From assembly GCF_000150275.1 (NCBI RefSeq), contig NW_002060945.1:5071397-5135396 (forward strand): DNA of 64,000 bases, read 5' to 3'. The position numbers and the translations under genes were made by a program. The stretch's first letter is position 1. Every line of letters starts with the position of its first letter. A model generated the notes under the pieces. It made no database searches, was not told the origin of the DNA, and saw nothing but the letters and a program-made list of their open reading frames with translations. This DNA comes from Trichoplax adhaerens. Taxonomy: Eukaryota; Animalia; Placozoa. This document shows, one piece after another, positions 12,405-25,742 of this stretch.

Positions 12405-14259
12405 AATTATAATTTACCAAGCAGTCTACAAGCCTACAGTATACGTGTGATTTTTACCCTACTTGTACTGTATTAGCACAGATTTACAGTGATAGCCTCC
12501 GTATTTGTTAGTAAATTGTTACCCTGGTCGAATACGAATACTGTAAATACTGTAAATACAATACTGTACAGTATAATGCCATAATTTTTAGTTCCCATTT
12601 ATAGAAATATACAGTACAGTAGTATCCCTTCGTAAACCGTACTACTGGCACTTACTAGTACATTCTAGAGGGAAGGCAACACTCTATTATAATATAATAT
12701 AATATATTCGCAATCAGCTTTATGAAGTATGTTAAGATAAATATATAATCTCTTCTTACACTACAGTATACAACCATTAGACTTGGTTTGTACCATAACA
12801 TCATACAGTACTGTAAATTAAAAATGTCGAAATACAAGTCAAGCTAATATTTATTTTCTTATTTTTTTATTTATTTACGAATTGTTAAGTAACTGCAGTA
12901 TCTGAATGGCCAGTATCATTACGTGCTCGCTTTTCTGTGCCATTAATTATACTAGTGGAACCCACCCTCTTATTGTGCTGTACGTGCTTGTACTTTTTAC
13001 GTTACAGTACACTTAATCATACTGGCTATACAGTATATTTCTCTTTCAAATTGTAATCAAAATAGTGAGACTATAATGACGTGTGGACTACTGATGCTAC
13101 ATAATACAGCATTATGCTGTAGTTATATTCCGGTTATGTACAGTATCATACATTAAATGAGTATCTAAAAGACGAATTGTTCGATGATAAAAGCATAATG
13201 CGAAATATGGCACAATTGTATTCTGCATTTATTCCGGATAATAAGCTCTTCTATACCGTTATACGTCAGTGTTTAATGTACAATAAATACACCAAGCAGG
13301 TATAAAAACAAAACAATTTGGTAATGTATACAGACTTCAGCAAATGAAGAGACATGCATACAATATCTACACTTACGTAGACGTCGGTGAAACAATAAAT
13401 ATACAATGCAAGTTCGACAATGTGCTCATGACACCAGATACGAAGAGTATCACTGTTCATGACCGCAATGCAATAATACAGTACAGTATATTGTACAGAA
13501 TTAGATCATACTGTACATACTGTACAGTACTATGCGCGTATAACAGCCATTAAAATCATCATAACACTACATCGATCAGCCAGTTGGTGACCTTTGATGA
13601 TGATCATCAATTTTACAAGAGCATTCATTTTTATTGATGTCTATCTATTACCAATGTTGACTGCCATCTAAATTTTTATACCGCCATTACCGTACCCTAC
13701 AAAATAGAATCGAAACGCTTTAATGTAACGAGGTAACGTCTAATCAAATTGTTGGGCTTTGAATTGTTATTTATACGGTACAAGGAGTTTAAGGTATAGT
13801 TTACAGTAGTTACGCGTATATTGTAGTTGAATCATTCCCAAAGTACTCAATAACTTTCTTAATCTAAATCGTTTAACACTAGTATCTACTGTACACTAGT
13901 TATTTTTATACGTTATAAGACGCCTTCCAATTATTAGTTAATAAATTTTGTTTATAATTGTTATAATTAGGGCATTTCAATGACACATAGCCTAGTGAAT
14001 TTGATTAATTAAAGTTTCAAAAGTCATTTTGCAGTGGTTACTAATACTTTCTACTTTTTAGAGGGTGTTATTTTACTGTGTTATAGCATAGAAATAATAG
14101 AAAAAGGGGATGTACTGTAGTAATAATCGATTTTATTCGTTGTAAATTTTTCATAAAGCACTCATCGTACATTTATCGCAAGCACAGTATAGCACAGTAT
14201 CATATGCGTAATTGCGTATGTCCTTTATTTAATTCAATGAAGCATGATATCGCGTACAG

Positions 14260-14610
14260 GCGTGTAGTGTACAGTATGTAGCTTGTAACTTTTTCAACCC
14301 ACTCATGTTTACGTACAGTGCACTGTATTACTGTAGTATCAGCGAACAGTACTGTACAGTACTGTAATCAACGTGACTAGGACTGTACCGTACATACTGT
14401 ACAGTATTATACTGTACAGTAGCAAAAGACTTTACAGTTTAATTAATTAAGATTAATATCGTATGAAACCAAGAAAAAATAGCGACTAATCCCCTGTAAA
14501 ATCTTTTTCGAATTGCCTTGCTTTTAGTTAATTAAATATATGTACTGTACTGTACGTAATGCACTGCAGTGGTATCGTAAAATTCGTAATTCTCCTATAG
14601 TACAGTACCT
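14260..14610. repeat. Dispersed TACAG/CTGTA cluster upstream of NCKX
   Basis: Direct reading, e.g. cagtactgtacagtactgta and tactgtacagta. Confidence 0.7.
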
Positions 14611-15512
14611 TATATTGCAGATTAAATAAATTATAATAGTCCTCATCAAATTGATTATCATCTACTTTCCGTTAATTAAAATGATTTATGATTACTTTAT
14701 TGAATGATTTTACTAGTGAATAATCAGGCCCGTGTACAGCAGATTGTTTTAACTTCTCTTCATACACCCACCCGTCTTTGCTTTCAGTGAGTAATTAATT
14801 ACTAATTTAACTACGCGTATATGGAACGGTAAAATTAGCATACGCCTTACATACATATATACTTGTATACGTACGGGTATAGTATACTAGATACCTGCAA
14901 GTAGTGCCGTGCCGTCTTCCTTTACAGCATAACTGAGAGAGAGGAACATTGTGACTGTTGCTTATCCAAATTTATTAATAGTTTAATTTTTTTGTTATTG
15001 TCGTAGATCACTGATAGACACGGACAGAAACTAAAATTGAATAAAGCTGGAAGAAATATTTTTATTTTTATCGCGGTGTCTATCTACACTAGCAATCACG
15101 TACGAGCTATTGTAACAGCTTATCGTCTATCGTGGCCAAAGTTTGTGAATGTGGGAATCTTTAAAGCTATTGCCAGCTCTTTATACCGACTATTATACTG
15201 ATACATGATTTATTTGCAATGAATTACAACGTATTGTATGCTCTATTGGCAACGTATATCAATTTTAACTGTTCCATACTATAGTTTGTATTACAACAGT
15301 TCCTATCATTCCTTTTGAAATCGTATTAACAGCATTCATTTGAAATAACTCCTGGTTGATACTATACAGTATACTGTACATACATACAAGTTGGTATATC
15401 ATTACTTATGATAATTTTTTTCTCCACTTTGCGATTGAAACTGAACGAAACTAGCACCGTCATAGGATACGACGCATTTTCAGTCAATCATTCTTAATTA
15501 ATATTTGGCAAC

Positions 15513-18500
15513 ATGGCTAAGTCTTTGAAATCAATGACGATACGAATCCTTTTACCGATGACATCTTTAATTATAATGTACACTTTTTTCTCAAACGATA
15601 TGATAGCTCAAGATGACATAGCTTCTGGAGTTAGACATTCCCAGTCATGGACAAATCGACGTTTATTAGATGATCCTATTCGGCCGGTTGGTCCGCCTAA
15701 TCGAAATGGTAGCCTTTTTCCCCAGGATGTGTTTACGCAAAGTCAAAAATCAAATGGAGCAATTGTTTTACATTTTATCGGTGTTATTTATATGTTTGTT
15801 GCTTTATCTATCGTATGCGATAATTATTTTGTGCCTACTTTAGAAGTTATTGTAGTAAAATGGAGTATTTCAGAAGACGTAGCTGGGGCAACATTTATGG
15901 CTGCTGGTGGTAGTGCACCTGAGTTATTCACATCTTTAATTGGTACCTTTATCGCACGTTCTAACGTTGGATTTGGCACAATCATCGGTTCAGCTGTTTT
16001 TAATATTTTATTCGTTATTGGCATGTGTGCAATATTATCAAAGCAAGTGCTTCAAGTTACTTGGTGGCCATTGTTTAGAGATTGTATATTTTATTTATTG
16101 GCTCTTTGCGCGCTAGTAATTGCCTTCACAGATTCTGAAGTTTACTGGTATGAATCCTTATTACTGATTCTTTTCTATATAATCTATTGCACCTTCATGA
16201 AATATAATGCGGTCATAGAAGTTACGGTAAAAAAACAGCTTATTAGATGGAGAATAATTACAGCGACTCCAGTCTCTCAGTGTAATGATGATACTGACAC
16301 GCCAAACAATAATCAAAAGGTACGATGAACTAATCTTGAGCAATTCTTATTACAGCGACGCACATGATGCAAATAAATTATCCTTTATAGAACTATCAAA
16401 ATTGCGTAATTTATTTAAAGAACTTCCATTCTCGTAGCAAATTTTAAATCGTTATCCTTTTCCGTCATTTATTCTCATAGTACTGAGGCGGAAAACTCAA
16501 TTTACAAAATAAATTATATGAAAATCTTAGAATTACTGACAATAAACGTTGTCATGATAATGGTCTCTTTATAACATAATCCTTTGTGTTATTGCAGTTA
16601 ATTTTTTACCACTGTCAGAAAATAATTTCCAGTTTAATAAGATATTGCATAATCAATTTATTCCATTTGCTATCGTTTTTCGCTTAATAAATTTTTTTTC
16701 AATTTTACTCCTATTACAACTTTTAACACATTATTAGTACAAAGAATTAGTCAAGCTAAAAAATCAAGGATTTCGTAATGGCCCCATGAAATTGTTGCTG
16801 TTTACATTGGATCCAATTGGTGAAGGTATGGTATATTAGCTGTAACACCAAAGTATTTATGATTGATCATTGATTGTAATCTTGTCAAAAAGCTAACTGT
16901 ATATGTATACTGTGACATAGTAAACACCGACATACGAGTATATACCCGTACAGTATAACGCATTTGGCATTACAGTTTACAAAAATAAATCACGATTTAT
17001 AAGTTAATATCTGAAGAAAATGAATCAATAAATAAACGTTAAATATAAATAGAAAGCCCTTTTTTGTTTCAAACGCCAAAATCATGTACAATACTACAGC
17101 ATGAGCAATATTGAAATTACAATTGATAAGCCATTTCAAGAACATTTCAATTGTTTTCCGTAAATTACTGAGTGTAAAGAGGTAATTTAGATTGCTTACA
17201 TGTTTATGAAATTAAAATTTATTTGTATGCAAGTAATGCAACATTAACATTCAGCTTAAACGTCCTTTTTATCTTATAATTTAGTAGTATTGTCTATACA
17301 TATTAGCGATAATCGCAATTTTTGTTATATTTTTATGAATTTTATGATTTGGCTTATAATATCTAAATTTTACTCAAGTATATAAACACAAGCATATTAT
17401 AATCCCTTGTGAAACAATAACCGTATAAAAAGCATAGATAGCGTGATACACTAACAGAAATATAGTGTACAACCTGACAGTGCCTATTCTAACTTCTCCC
17501 TTATACACAATTTTTTAGTTGGTGATTTCGTAGCTATCGTTCTATATGAATCCTCTTATTTATGTGCAAGTGTGCAAGAATGATAGTGTGATGTTGACTA
17601 CATTTTCTGTTTGTCAAAATATCATAATACTATTATAACTGCAGTGGCCCCAGTTAAATGCTAAGAACTCGTGAACGAGTTCGATACACGAATGACTGGG
17701 ACTACTGAGACCTTACAATTTTTTAGGCAAAATAGTGATATATATAGTTACTGCAGTTATGAATAATAAACATTTTAAAATTTTTTAAATTTCATAAAAA
17801 TTTATCATTTAAACTTGCTGCCGATAGATATGGCCTTATTTCTAATTAATATCCGTGTGTAATTTGCCTTTTCTGTTCCACAACTGTAATAACCGATGTA
17901 CATACCGTATACATAGGCAGCTATTTTTACGTAGTTATCAGTTAATTGGATGCTATGTTTATATAATAACCATCTTTCATCATTGTTTAATAGAAAAGTC
18001 ATGAAAACGCTAATTTTATGTCAATAGTATGCGGATTTAAAAGTCTAATACAGATTTAATCAGCCAATGGACAGTGATAAGCTGTACGAGTAATAGCCAA
18101 TCACATTGCAAGTTTTCTCTTCGTAGTAAGATCTTTATAAGTTTACCAGAGACCTACTAAACGGTGTATTTCAAGGAGGTTAAAAATTCTTTGTTATCTT
18201 TTAATACTTAAATTACCTCAATCTGGCCCGTAATATCGAATTTTTACATACTGATGGTTAATAATATCGTTACAATACAAATAGGGAAACAATCAATAAC
18301 AATTATCATTGGAGCAGAGTTCTTATCCTAGAATTTAAAATCTTACATTGCTAAGAATATATATTTTTCTTTGTTTTATACAAATTCAACAGCAGCTAAT
18401 TGAATGTACCAAAAGGGCTAAACTGTAATTGTCTATGATTTAACTTATTATTAGATAATCCTTTACGGATCGCTAATCATTTGCAAACTACGCTCGAAAA

Positions 18501-20449
18501 TAGTATATCTCCGGATACTATTAAGTCCAGATCTAATCGGCAAATTGAGAGTAATGAGGATCTATGCCGAAAATCTCCCATTTCTTTAACACATGTCGAC
18601 AGCGTTATGAGATCATCATTGGATACGGATGTTAAACTGGTTCGCTATGACGTAGCTACAACGCCTCAAACTGATACTAAAGGAAATGAAGCAATCAATC
18701 TAGCAGTTCCAAGACTATCAACTACTCCTATTGTATACGAACCACCTATACCTGTGAACACTGTCGACACCATAGATGATGCTAAAGGTAGTGGTCATGA
18801 CCTTTCACCTATTGAGGTAGAAAAAAACCTAGAATCTCTCCGTAAAACTACATTACCGGAAAACTTATCGACTACTCCTTCAAGTGATCAATTGCCAACT
18901 GGCAATCAAGCTGAAGAAAGTAGTAAGGCGACCTTAACTTCGAATTTTACCATAGAGGATAGATCAGTTACCGGGTCTTCTGATAACGCAAGAAATTCTA
19001 CAATTGAAGAATGCGAAAACGGGAAGGTAGAATACTCTAGTTACTTACTTTTATATTTGTCTAACGGTTATTATTATACGATAGTTTTGTTATGAAATTC
19101 ATCTTGTCTGCAAATATACTATAAATCTTTAGCATTCGTAACAAAGTAACGAACAGTATTTTATTATACACTTATTAACAAAAGAAAGTGGATATTGAAT
19201 TAGAAGAGGAATATGAAAATGAAGGTTTCAGTCTTTCATGGCCTAAATCATTTAAACGGAGAGCTATTTATATCATCGTACTACCCATTTCCTTTCTCTT
19301 GTACTACACGTTACCAAATGTCGCAAGACCGGTATGTAATCATAATACGAGTTTAAAATTTAAGCAAAGAGCTCTTTACTAAATAGTAAGGCTCGATAAA
19401 TTTTCCTGGAATCAATATGTTATTGGTTTGATTACCTAACATAAAATTCGATCTTTCATTATACGGAATGTACATAGAGAGGCAAGCGATATTACTTAGT
19501 TGGATTTATTGGCAGCATTGTATGGATTGCAGTTTACTCCTACTTTATGGTTTGGTGGTCTAATGAAATAGGTATTACTATTGGAATCCCACCAGAGGTA
19601 AAGAAACGATGCCCGCAATTTTATAAGCAAATGAATCTACTCATCTCATAAAGCACTATCTAAAATAAACTTTTAACTTTAACTTGGGATGAGTTGTTTC
19701 TATGCTAGGGTGTAGAAAGTTATTTTATTACCTGTTACCGTATTTTTAATATCTATGACATACTAGTTACTTAAAAGCTTAGGATTTACGGTTCATTTTA
19801 ATTAAGTAGCCACTTGTTGAAATTGACAACTAATAAACTGTATCAGGAATTAGTTTCATTGCCAAAGATCCTAAGTAGGGAAATTAGCAAATTTACTTTA
19901 GAAAGGGTCTCTGTGTATAGTATAATCTATATGTTATCATATGTATCTAGATTATGGGCCTCACCATACTGGCTGCTGGAACTAGTATCCCTGATTTAAT
20001 AACAAGTGTAATTGTTGCACGAAAGGGATTTGGTGATATGGCTGTTTCAAGTTCTGTTGGCAGTAATCTCTTCGATGTTACATTAGGGTAAGTCATCACA
20101 TCAAGCTATATGAAGCTGCTTAGTATTGCTATATGGTATAAATGTCATCCCATGTTTACAATTGATAAACTCCGTATCTTAAGTACTTATTTCGTATTTA
20201 TATTGAATTAGATTACCATTCCCTTGGCTGTTGTACAGTATTATTTTCGGGTTTCCTGTATCCGTGGAAAGTCGAGGTTTAGCCTGTTCGGTCATTTTAT
20301 TGCTGTCAATGGTGGTATTTGTTATAATGACAATAGCTTTATTCAGGTGGCGACTAAATAAATCACTAGGCTTTCTATTTTTAATTTTGTACGTAGGTTT
20401 TGTCGTAATTAGCATTCTAATGCAAAACGGAGCGATTCCGTGTCTGTAG
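15513..20449 (+). CDS. SLC24A2: K+-dependent Na+/Ca2+ exchanger (SLC24, NCKX1/2-type). Exons 15513-16319, 16738-16825, 18455-19026, 19185-19331, 19478-19597, 19951-20087, 20212-20449
   Basis: Alpha-1 repeat [20 protein letters not shown] and alpha-2 repeat [39 protein letters not shown], which retains the Asp needed for K+ dependence. Also has the loop motif [15 protein letters not shown], an N-terminal signal segment and an acidic stretch before the second TM cluster. Assignment to A1 versus A2 is not resolvable from sequence. Confidence 0.9.
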
Positions 20450-21215
20450 CTATGCTATTGTATAACAAAATCTTAAGTTAGATGCCTTTATTAAATTTGA
20501 CGAACTTTACTGATTTAACCATGATGCCAGGATGTTGTTAGCTAATTTTAAGGTGGGATTTCGTGAACATAATATCAAACATGTCTAGAGAGAAGGAACT
20601 GTTAGCTGGGATTACTGATTGTTCATAAATGAGATCAATATATTATCTTTTAACACGTATGAAGTCGTTTATCTCATGTAATGTTTAGGGTATTTAGTAT
20701 AACATTTTTACTTATACATACACTTATGTTACTGTAATAGTTAACTGATCAAATAATATGAATACACACCTATAATACTAGGAATGCAGTATGAAATATT
20801 AGATGTACGTATTTATTACATTTAATCGATTCCACTTGTGTAACAAATAAAATAATGGATAATCCTATAAATTTAAGCTGGCGTATCGCAGAAATTGTAA
20901 GCAACAGTGAGCTTCATACTTGAGAACAAGTACATTTATACGTAAATTCGTAGCCAATGCCTAAATTTAATCGCATTTCAGCTCGTAGAGATATCAGTGC
21001 GCAATACTACTGTAACTTAGTAAAATTAAGTCCACATCATCAGCAGTTACAATATAACTATAATGTAATCGTATAGAAATAATTAGCACAATCGTATGAA
21101 TCTCGACATTGGTGATGAGGGTTCAGTAAATCGTTAATTTTGATATTATAATTACAATCCTCACATTCATTTACTGTGCGATCCTAGTCAGTAAATTTGC
21201 TTCCTTTAGAGATTT

Positions 21216-24200
21216 TTATCGTCTGGATAGTAAATATGCCGCAAGTATTCCTGTTACAGCGACAACAGATGCTCCAATGGCTATTTTCCATGGCGAAGAC
21301 TACGTTGATAAAATATGATATAAATATAATTAGTCCCACCGCCGTCTTTATACCAAATAAAAACGACATCGTCTTACCAGAACATTTGATAATAGAGTAT
21401 CTTCTTGCTTTGTCAGCTTCTTTGTTCCACCCACCATGCGTCTATATATTTCTCTTTCCTTCTTTCGATCGCATGTTACTCTTTGTTTCAATGCAGCGTA
21501 TTCATCAGATATTAACTATACAATAAATGCTTTGCCGTTACATGACGAAATTGGTCTTAATTTCAAGAATACGAACATTATTTCAATTTACTTTCCATTA
21601 AACTACACTCTATAACCTTTGCAGGCTATTAGCTATAGACTCATATTTAAAATCGCAATGTTATTACAATACCTTGCTTGAAGGATCTAAGGAGTAAGCT
21701 TTTTTCATAGAATCCAATGCCGTTTCTAGATCTCCTTTCGCTGCGTAGATCTATTGATAAAAACATAACAATCAAAAATTTTGCTTAAAAATCTCTAGTT
21801 TTAATATAAATCATAACAGAGGGGATCTGCAAATAATGCTCTGTTGCTCACTTGCGCAAGTCGTCAAAGACATGCTTTACAGTATATGATCAATCAAATC
21901 GTTAATTAACGAAAGACTCGGATACCTTCGCTTGACGAAACCAAGCCTTAACATTGTTTTCTTCTACTAAAAGGACGTTTTTACATGATTTAGCTGCAGC
22001 ATCGTAAGCTTCAATCTTAAGTCAATGAAAAATATATTAAATTATTGAATTTAGCAGTATATTTACATTTCTTTCTTAACAAATATTTTAACGTTTACCT
22101 TTAGCTGAGCGGCAGCTAGATTATTCCAACACTTCGCACGAATCGATTGAAGTTCATCAGAAGGATTAGCAATAGCTATAGGGGGTTCGATCACATTTAA
22201 TGCTTTCGTATAACAAGATATAGCGGCAAAATAATTTTTATCTTGAAATAGCTCATTTCCGTACTGTCGCCTTCTATGCCTGAATTTAAATAGACACTGT
22301 CACTCTCTTTTAAGTTTAAGGGTTACATTTACTGCTAATATACAGCCATAGTTTCTATCCATTAATACGTCATCATAGCAAATTAGTAATGTCGAATAGC
22401 AATTTACATCATCACATAACACAAGTAGCAAAAATTGAATGACCCGTGATAACGAATATCGCGACCGTTTCATCCTAACGTTATAATGAAAATAATTTTA
22501 CCCAAGACCAATTCTCTCATCTTCAGTCATGTTAGTTATATTAGGTCCGTCCGAAACGTCAATCAATGTAACTTCAAATTCTAAGTCTGCATCTTGAGGT
22601 ACATTGTGCTTTGAACTAAAGCAATATCGAAAATAGCCTTTGATATAGCGTAATAATTTATCTCACGCCCTTATGGCGATTTTATTTATCGTAAATCTAT
22701 GCTGAGCAATAATTTCGATTGTTTACCTGCCGTACTGGGCATAACCATATCGTGAGTTTGCGAATACGCATACAGTTTCTCCGACATTCATTAATGCAAC
22801 CACCAGATCAAGTGCTGTAAATAGTTGCATTATGACAGTCAAATATTCAGTGATTCGATATGCAATATAGAACTTCATCTAATGACTGTAAAACTTAAAT
22901 TTATCTTATTTATAGTTAATTGTCTACTTATTCCTATAGGCTTACCAGGAATAACTTCGCCTTCGCCTAATATAAATTGAGATTCCATGTCATGTAGCAC
23001 CACGATTGCATTCGATAAATGCATCGAATACTTAATTGTTACTAGTTGTCCCTTCTTGGGTGCAACACCGCTGCCAGCTACTAAAGTCTATTACGTTAAA
23101 AATATACCGCAAATCACGTATGCTGTAAGATATAACAGCCAAAGATTCATTTCTAGTAGTCTTTATCATTTCCAACTTACAGCTTTTTTTAACTGACCAG
23201 ATCCAACCACATCTACCCAATTGAGACCATCACTCTTATCGACATCAACCGTTTCAACCGTTATCGCTTCTTCGTCTTTCATTTCGATATTCTCTGCTCG
23301 AGAAGTTATTTCTAGACGTATGAAATCGGTAAAATTACTTTTACTGATAAAGTGGTAAAAATCCATTTCACAAAATAAGCATTTATATGCCTACATCTAA
23401 TTTTTATGATATAATATAGTCAATCAAGTACGCTTTTTATAGTTGGTTAAGATACTGTAATTTAATGCTATTTTCTTTTTTTATCCCTTAATACGAGTAT
23501 TATAGCGACATGCTCTATGTCTTCATGTAGCTCCTACCTGCTGTTTTAACCTTGAGTGTATCTTCTGAGCTAGAAAATTCATTGATCGAATCTTGCATAG
23601 TGCGTTCCCCTGTTTGATCGCTACCTGAACAAATCTTAGATCCTTCACTTTCATCCCGAAGCGATTCCTTCACGGAGTCGCTCTTACTATCATTCCGTTC
23701 ACTAGCCGATTCATCTGTACTTGCAGCTTCTTCATTAATTCCCAAGGCGTCTGATATCCTATTGCCGATGTGCGTGTCTTCTCTGATATCATTGCTATCA
23801 TCTAATTCGCTAATACTACCAGTATCATCCTTGGTTTCATCACCTGTAAATTTACGTTAAGTAAAATTAATGAACTGTCATTGGTGTAACTTAAGTCGGA
23901 TTTCACCAATAATTATAATTATTTCCGAAATTCAGAACAATTGTGATTGCTAGCGTACCTTCTTACCTATCGTACGCTTGTATGCACAGTACTTTACTGT
24001 ATTTTGCTGTACATCACAGTAAAACATAAAGAATAGATATAATAATCTAGATTGCTGCTGTATATTGAATGCTTACGGAGAATATCATTGATTTTTTCTA
24101 ATTATCATTAATTATTAGTAAATTATGATTTAGAAATCTGAAATGAGTTCGATATGTACATATGAATCGGTATACATCGCTGCTCTATACATAGTTCACG

Positions 24201-24708
24201 TTTCAGTATAGTAATATATGAAGTGTACGCATACTGTATGACATACGGAGGATCTACTGTAGTACTTACAGTGTAGCAGTACGGTATTACCTTTAATTTC
24301 TTCTGTACGATCAATATCGCTGGTAAAATTAGTTGTATTTTGTCCTTCGATCTCGTCTCCGTCTAATTGACCATCGAAAGTGTTATAGTCTATTTCAGCA
24401 GTTTCTTGCACGATAGAGCTATCGATTGCTTCCAATCCAGTAATTTTAGCTAATGATTCCGATTCATCAAATGTATCATGGCCGTTGTCGTTGTATCCTT
24501 GAATACTATCATTACCGGAACCATTCTGCTGTAAAATACTTTCAGTGTCTTTTTGATCTTGCTCCGCTATATCATCTTCACCCAGTACTTTACCTGCATC
24601 TTCATTAACGTCGGGAAATGTGTTGTTTAAACTATCGTTATTTTCTTCAACCTGAACTACGTTACTATCATGATCATTTTTACTGGTGGTATCGTCGGTA
24701 GTCTCCAT
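21216..24708 (-). CDS. FKBP8: FKBP8/FKBP38-type immunophilin: long acidic N-terminus, FKBP domain, 3 TPR, CaM-binding-like segment, C-terminal tail anchor. Exons 24291-24708, 23538-23843, 23181-23311, 22946-23087, 22727-22814, 22502-22615, 22099-22279, 21926-22015, 21673-21750, 21378-21515, 21216-21299
   Basis: Spliced translation: WVDVVGSGQLKKATLVAG...FILGEGEVIPALDLVVALMNVGE...ADLEFEVTL (FKBP); GNELFQ...CWNNLAAAQLK...NVKAWFRQAK (TPR); KEREIYRRMVG; terminal PWKIAIGASVVAVTGILAAYLLSRR* (tail anchor). Confidence 0.92.
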
Positions 24709-25742
24709 GCTAATCGAAGCGCTGTCGCTCCAAGAGTAATTATGAAAGGCGAGATACATAACTTTATCTGCGCAAAATTGTATCTTTTATATATTTGATG
24801 ATCTATTGTTACGCAAATTAGCCAACTTGCCACGGGACCACGGGATTACCAATCGTTTGACTTGACCAGGACCGGACCGGACCAGGTTCGTAAAGGTTCA
24901 AATGGAAGTGAATCCCCCCGAAAACATGTGTACTGTACTGTACACTCAGTGTACAGTACTGTACAGTACAGTACTTTTCTGTATCACTGTGCCGTACTGT
25001 ACACTGTACAGTACAGCACTGTATTTTTAGAAGTCACTGGTACAGTACGGTACTGTGCACGACCATACAGTACCGTACAGTAGAAAGAGACCTTGTACTG
25101 TACTGTAGAAAGGTCACTTGCTGGTGTTCCGTAATAAGAAATACAGAAATACTGTACTGTACCACCGTACTGTACAGTACACTTCAGTGTACAGGGTTAG
25201 GGTTAGGGTGTACAGTACTGTACAGTACAGTGTACAGTACAGTATGTCTATCGGTTACAGTATAATTTATTGTACCGCGTACGGTAGAGTTCAACGTCCA
25301 CGGATTTAACACCACCCTTTTAAGTTCTCCACTGTACAGTATTGTAGTGTACAGTACTGTACCGTAAAAAGCGTAAAGCTGAAACAGACATGTGGCTGAT
25401 ACAGTACACCCTACGACTACAGTACTAGAAGCTGAGGTAGGTAGTGCAGTAAAAAAACAAACTTGCCCAGTTACTGTACGAGTATGTTTAAGTTTTTACG
25501 ATACACACCAGTGACACCACTAATTAGCAATACTGTACACTACAGTACATTGTGAGTTAGTATTGTATTGAACTCGATGTCGAAATAAGATCGCGCTTAC
25601 ACCAATCGTACGTTCCATTCTGGCTTTTAGCTTACTGTATTACTAACTTAGTGTGTATACTCTGTAATCTGTATACTAAATAACCCTGGCAAGCCGTTCG
25701 TTCATGTACATTACATAAATCGACCAAATAATAATTATCGTT
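24709..25742. promoter_or_regulatory. Probable bidirectional promoter, FKBP8 (-) / USP3 (+)
   Basis: Start codons face away from each other about 1.03 kb apart. The interval holds GGACC repeats (24869-24883), the TACAG array and AGGG(TTAGGG)2. Confidence 0.7.
24926..25550. repeat. Dense TACAG/CTGTA palindromic array in the FKBP8-USP3 divergent intergenic region
   Basis: Many TACAG/CTGTA units in alternating orientation; these generate the spurious YSTVQ/LYCTV ORFs. Confidence 0.92.

Noticed and set aside
17642-17690. A-box/B-box-like motifs suggesting a tRNA or tRNA-SINE
   Set aside because: The spacing is too short and no cloverleaf forms; an inverted repeat explains it.
21184-21526. ORFs 21184-21369 (-) and 21197-21526 (+)
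   Set aside because: Wrong-frame or antisense overlaps of the last FKBP8 exons; the spliced frame gives the expected tail anchor.
24926-25550. CRISPR-like repeat-spacer appearance of the TACAG arrays
   Set aside because: No constant 23-50-nt repeat with regular spacers, no cas genes, and a eukaryotic context.
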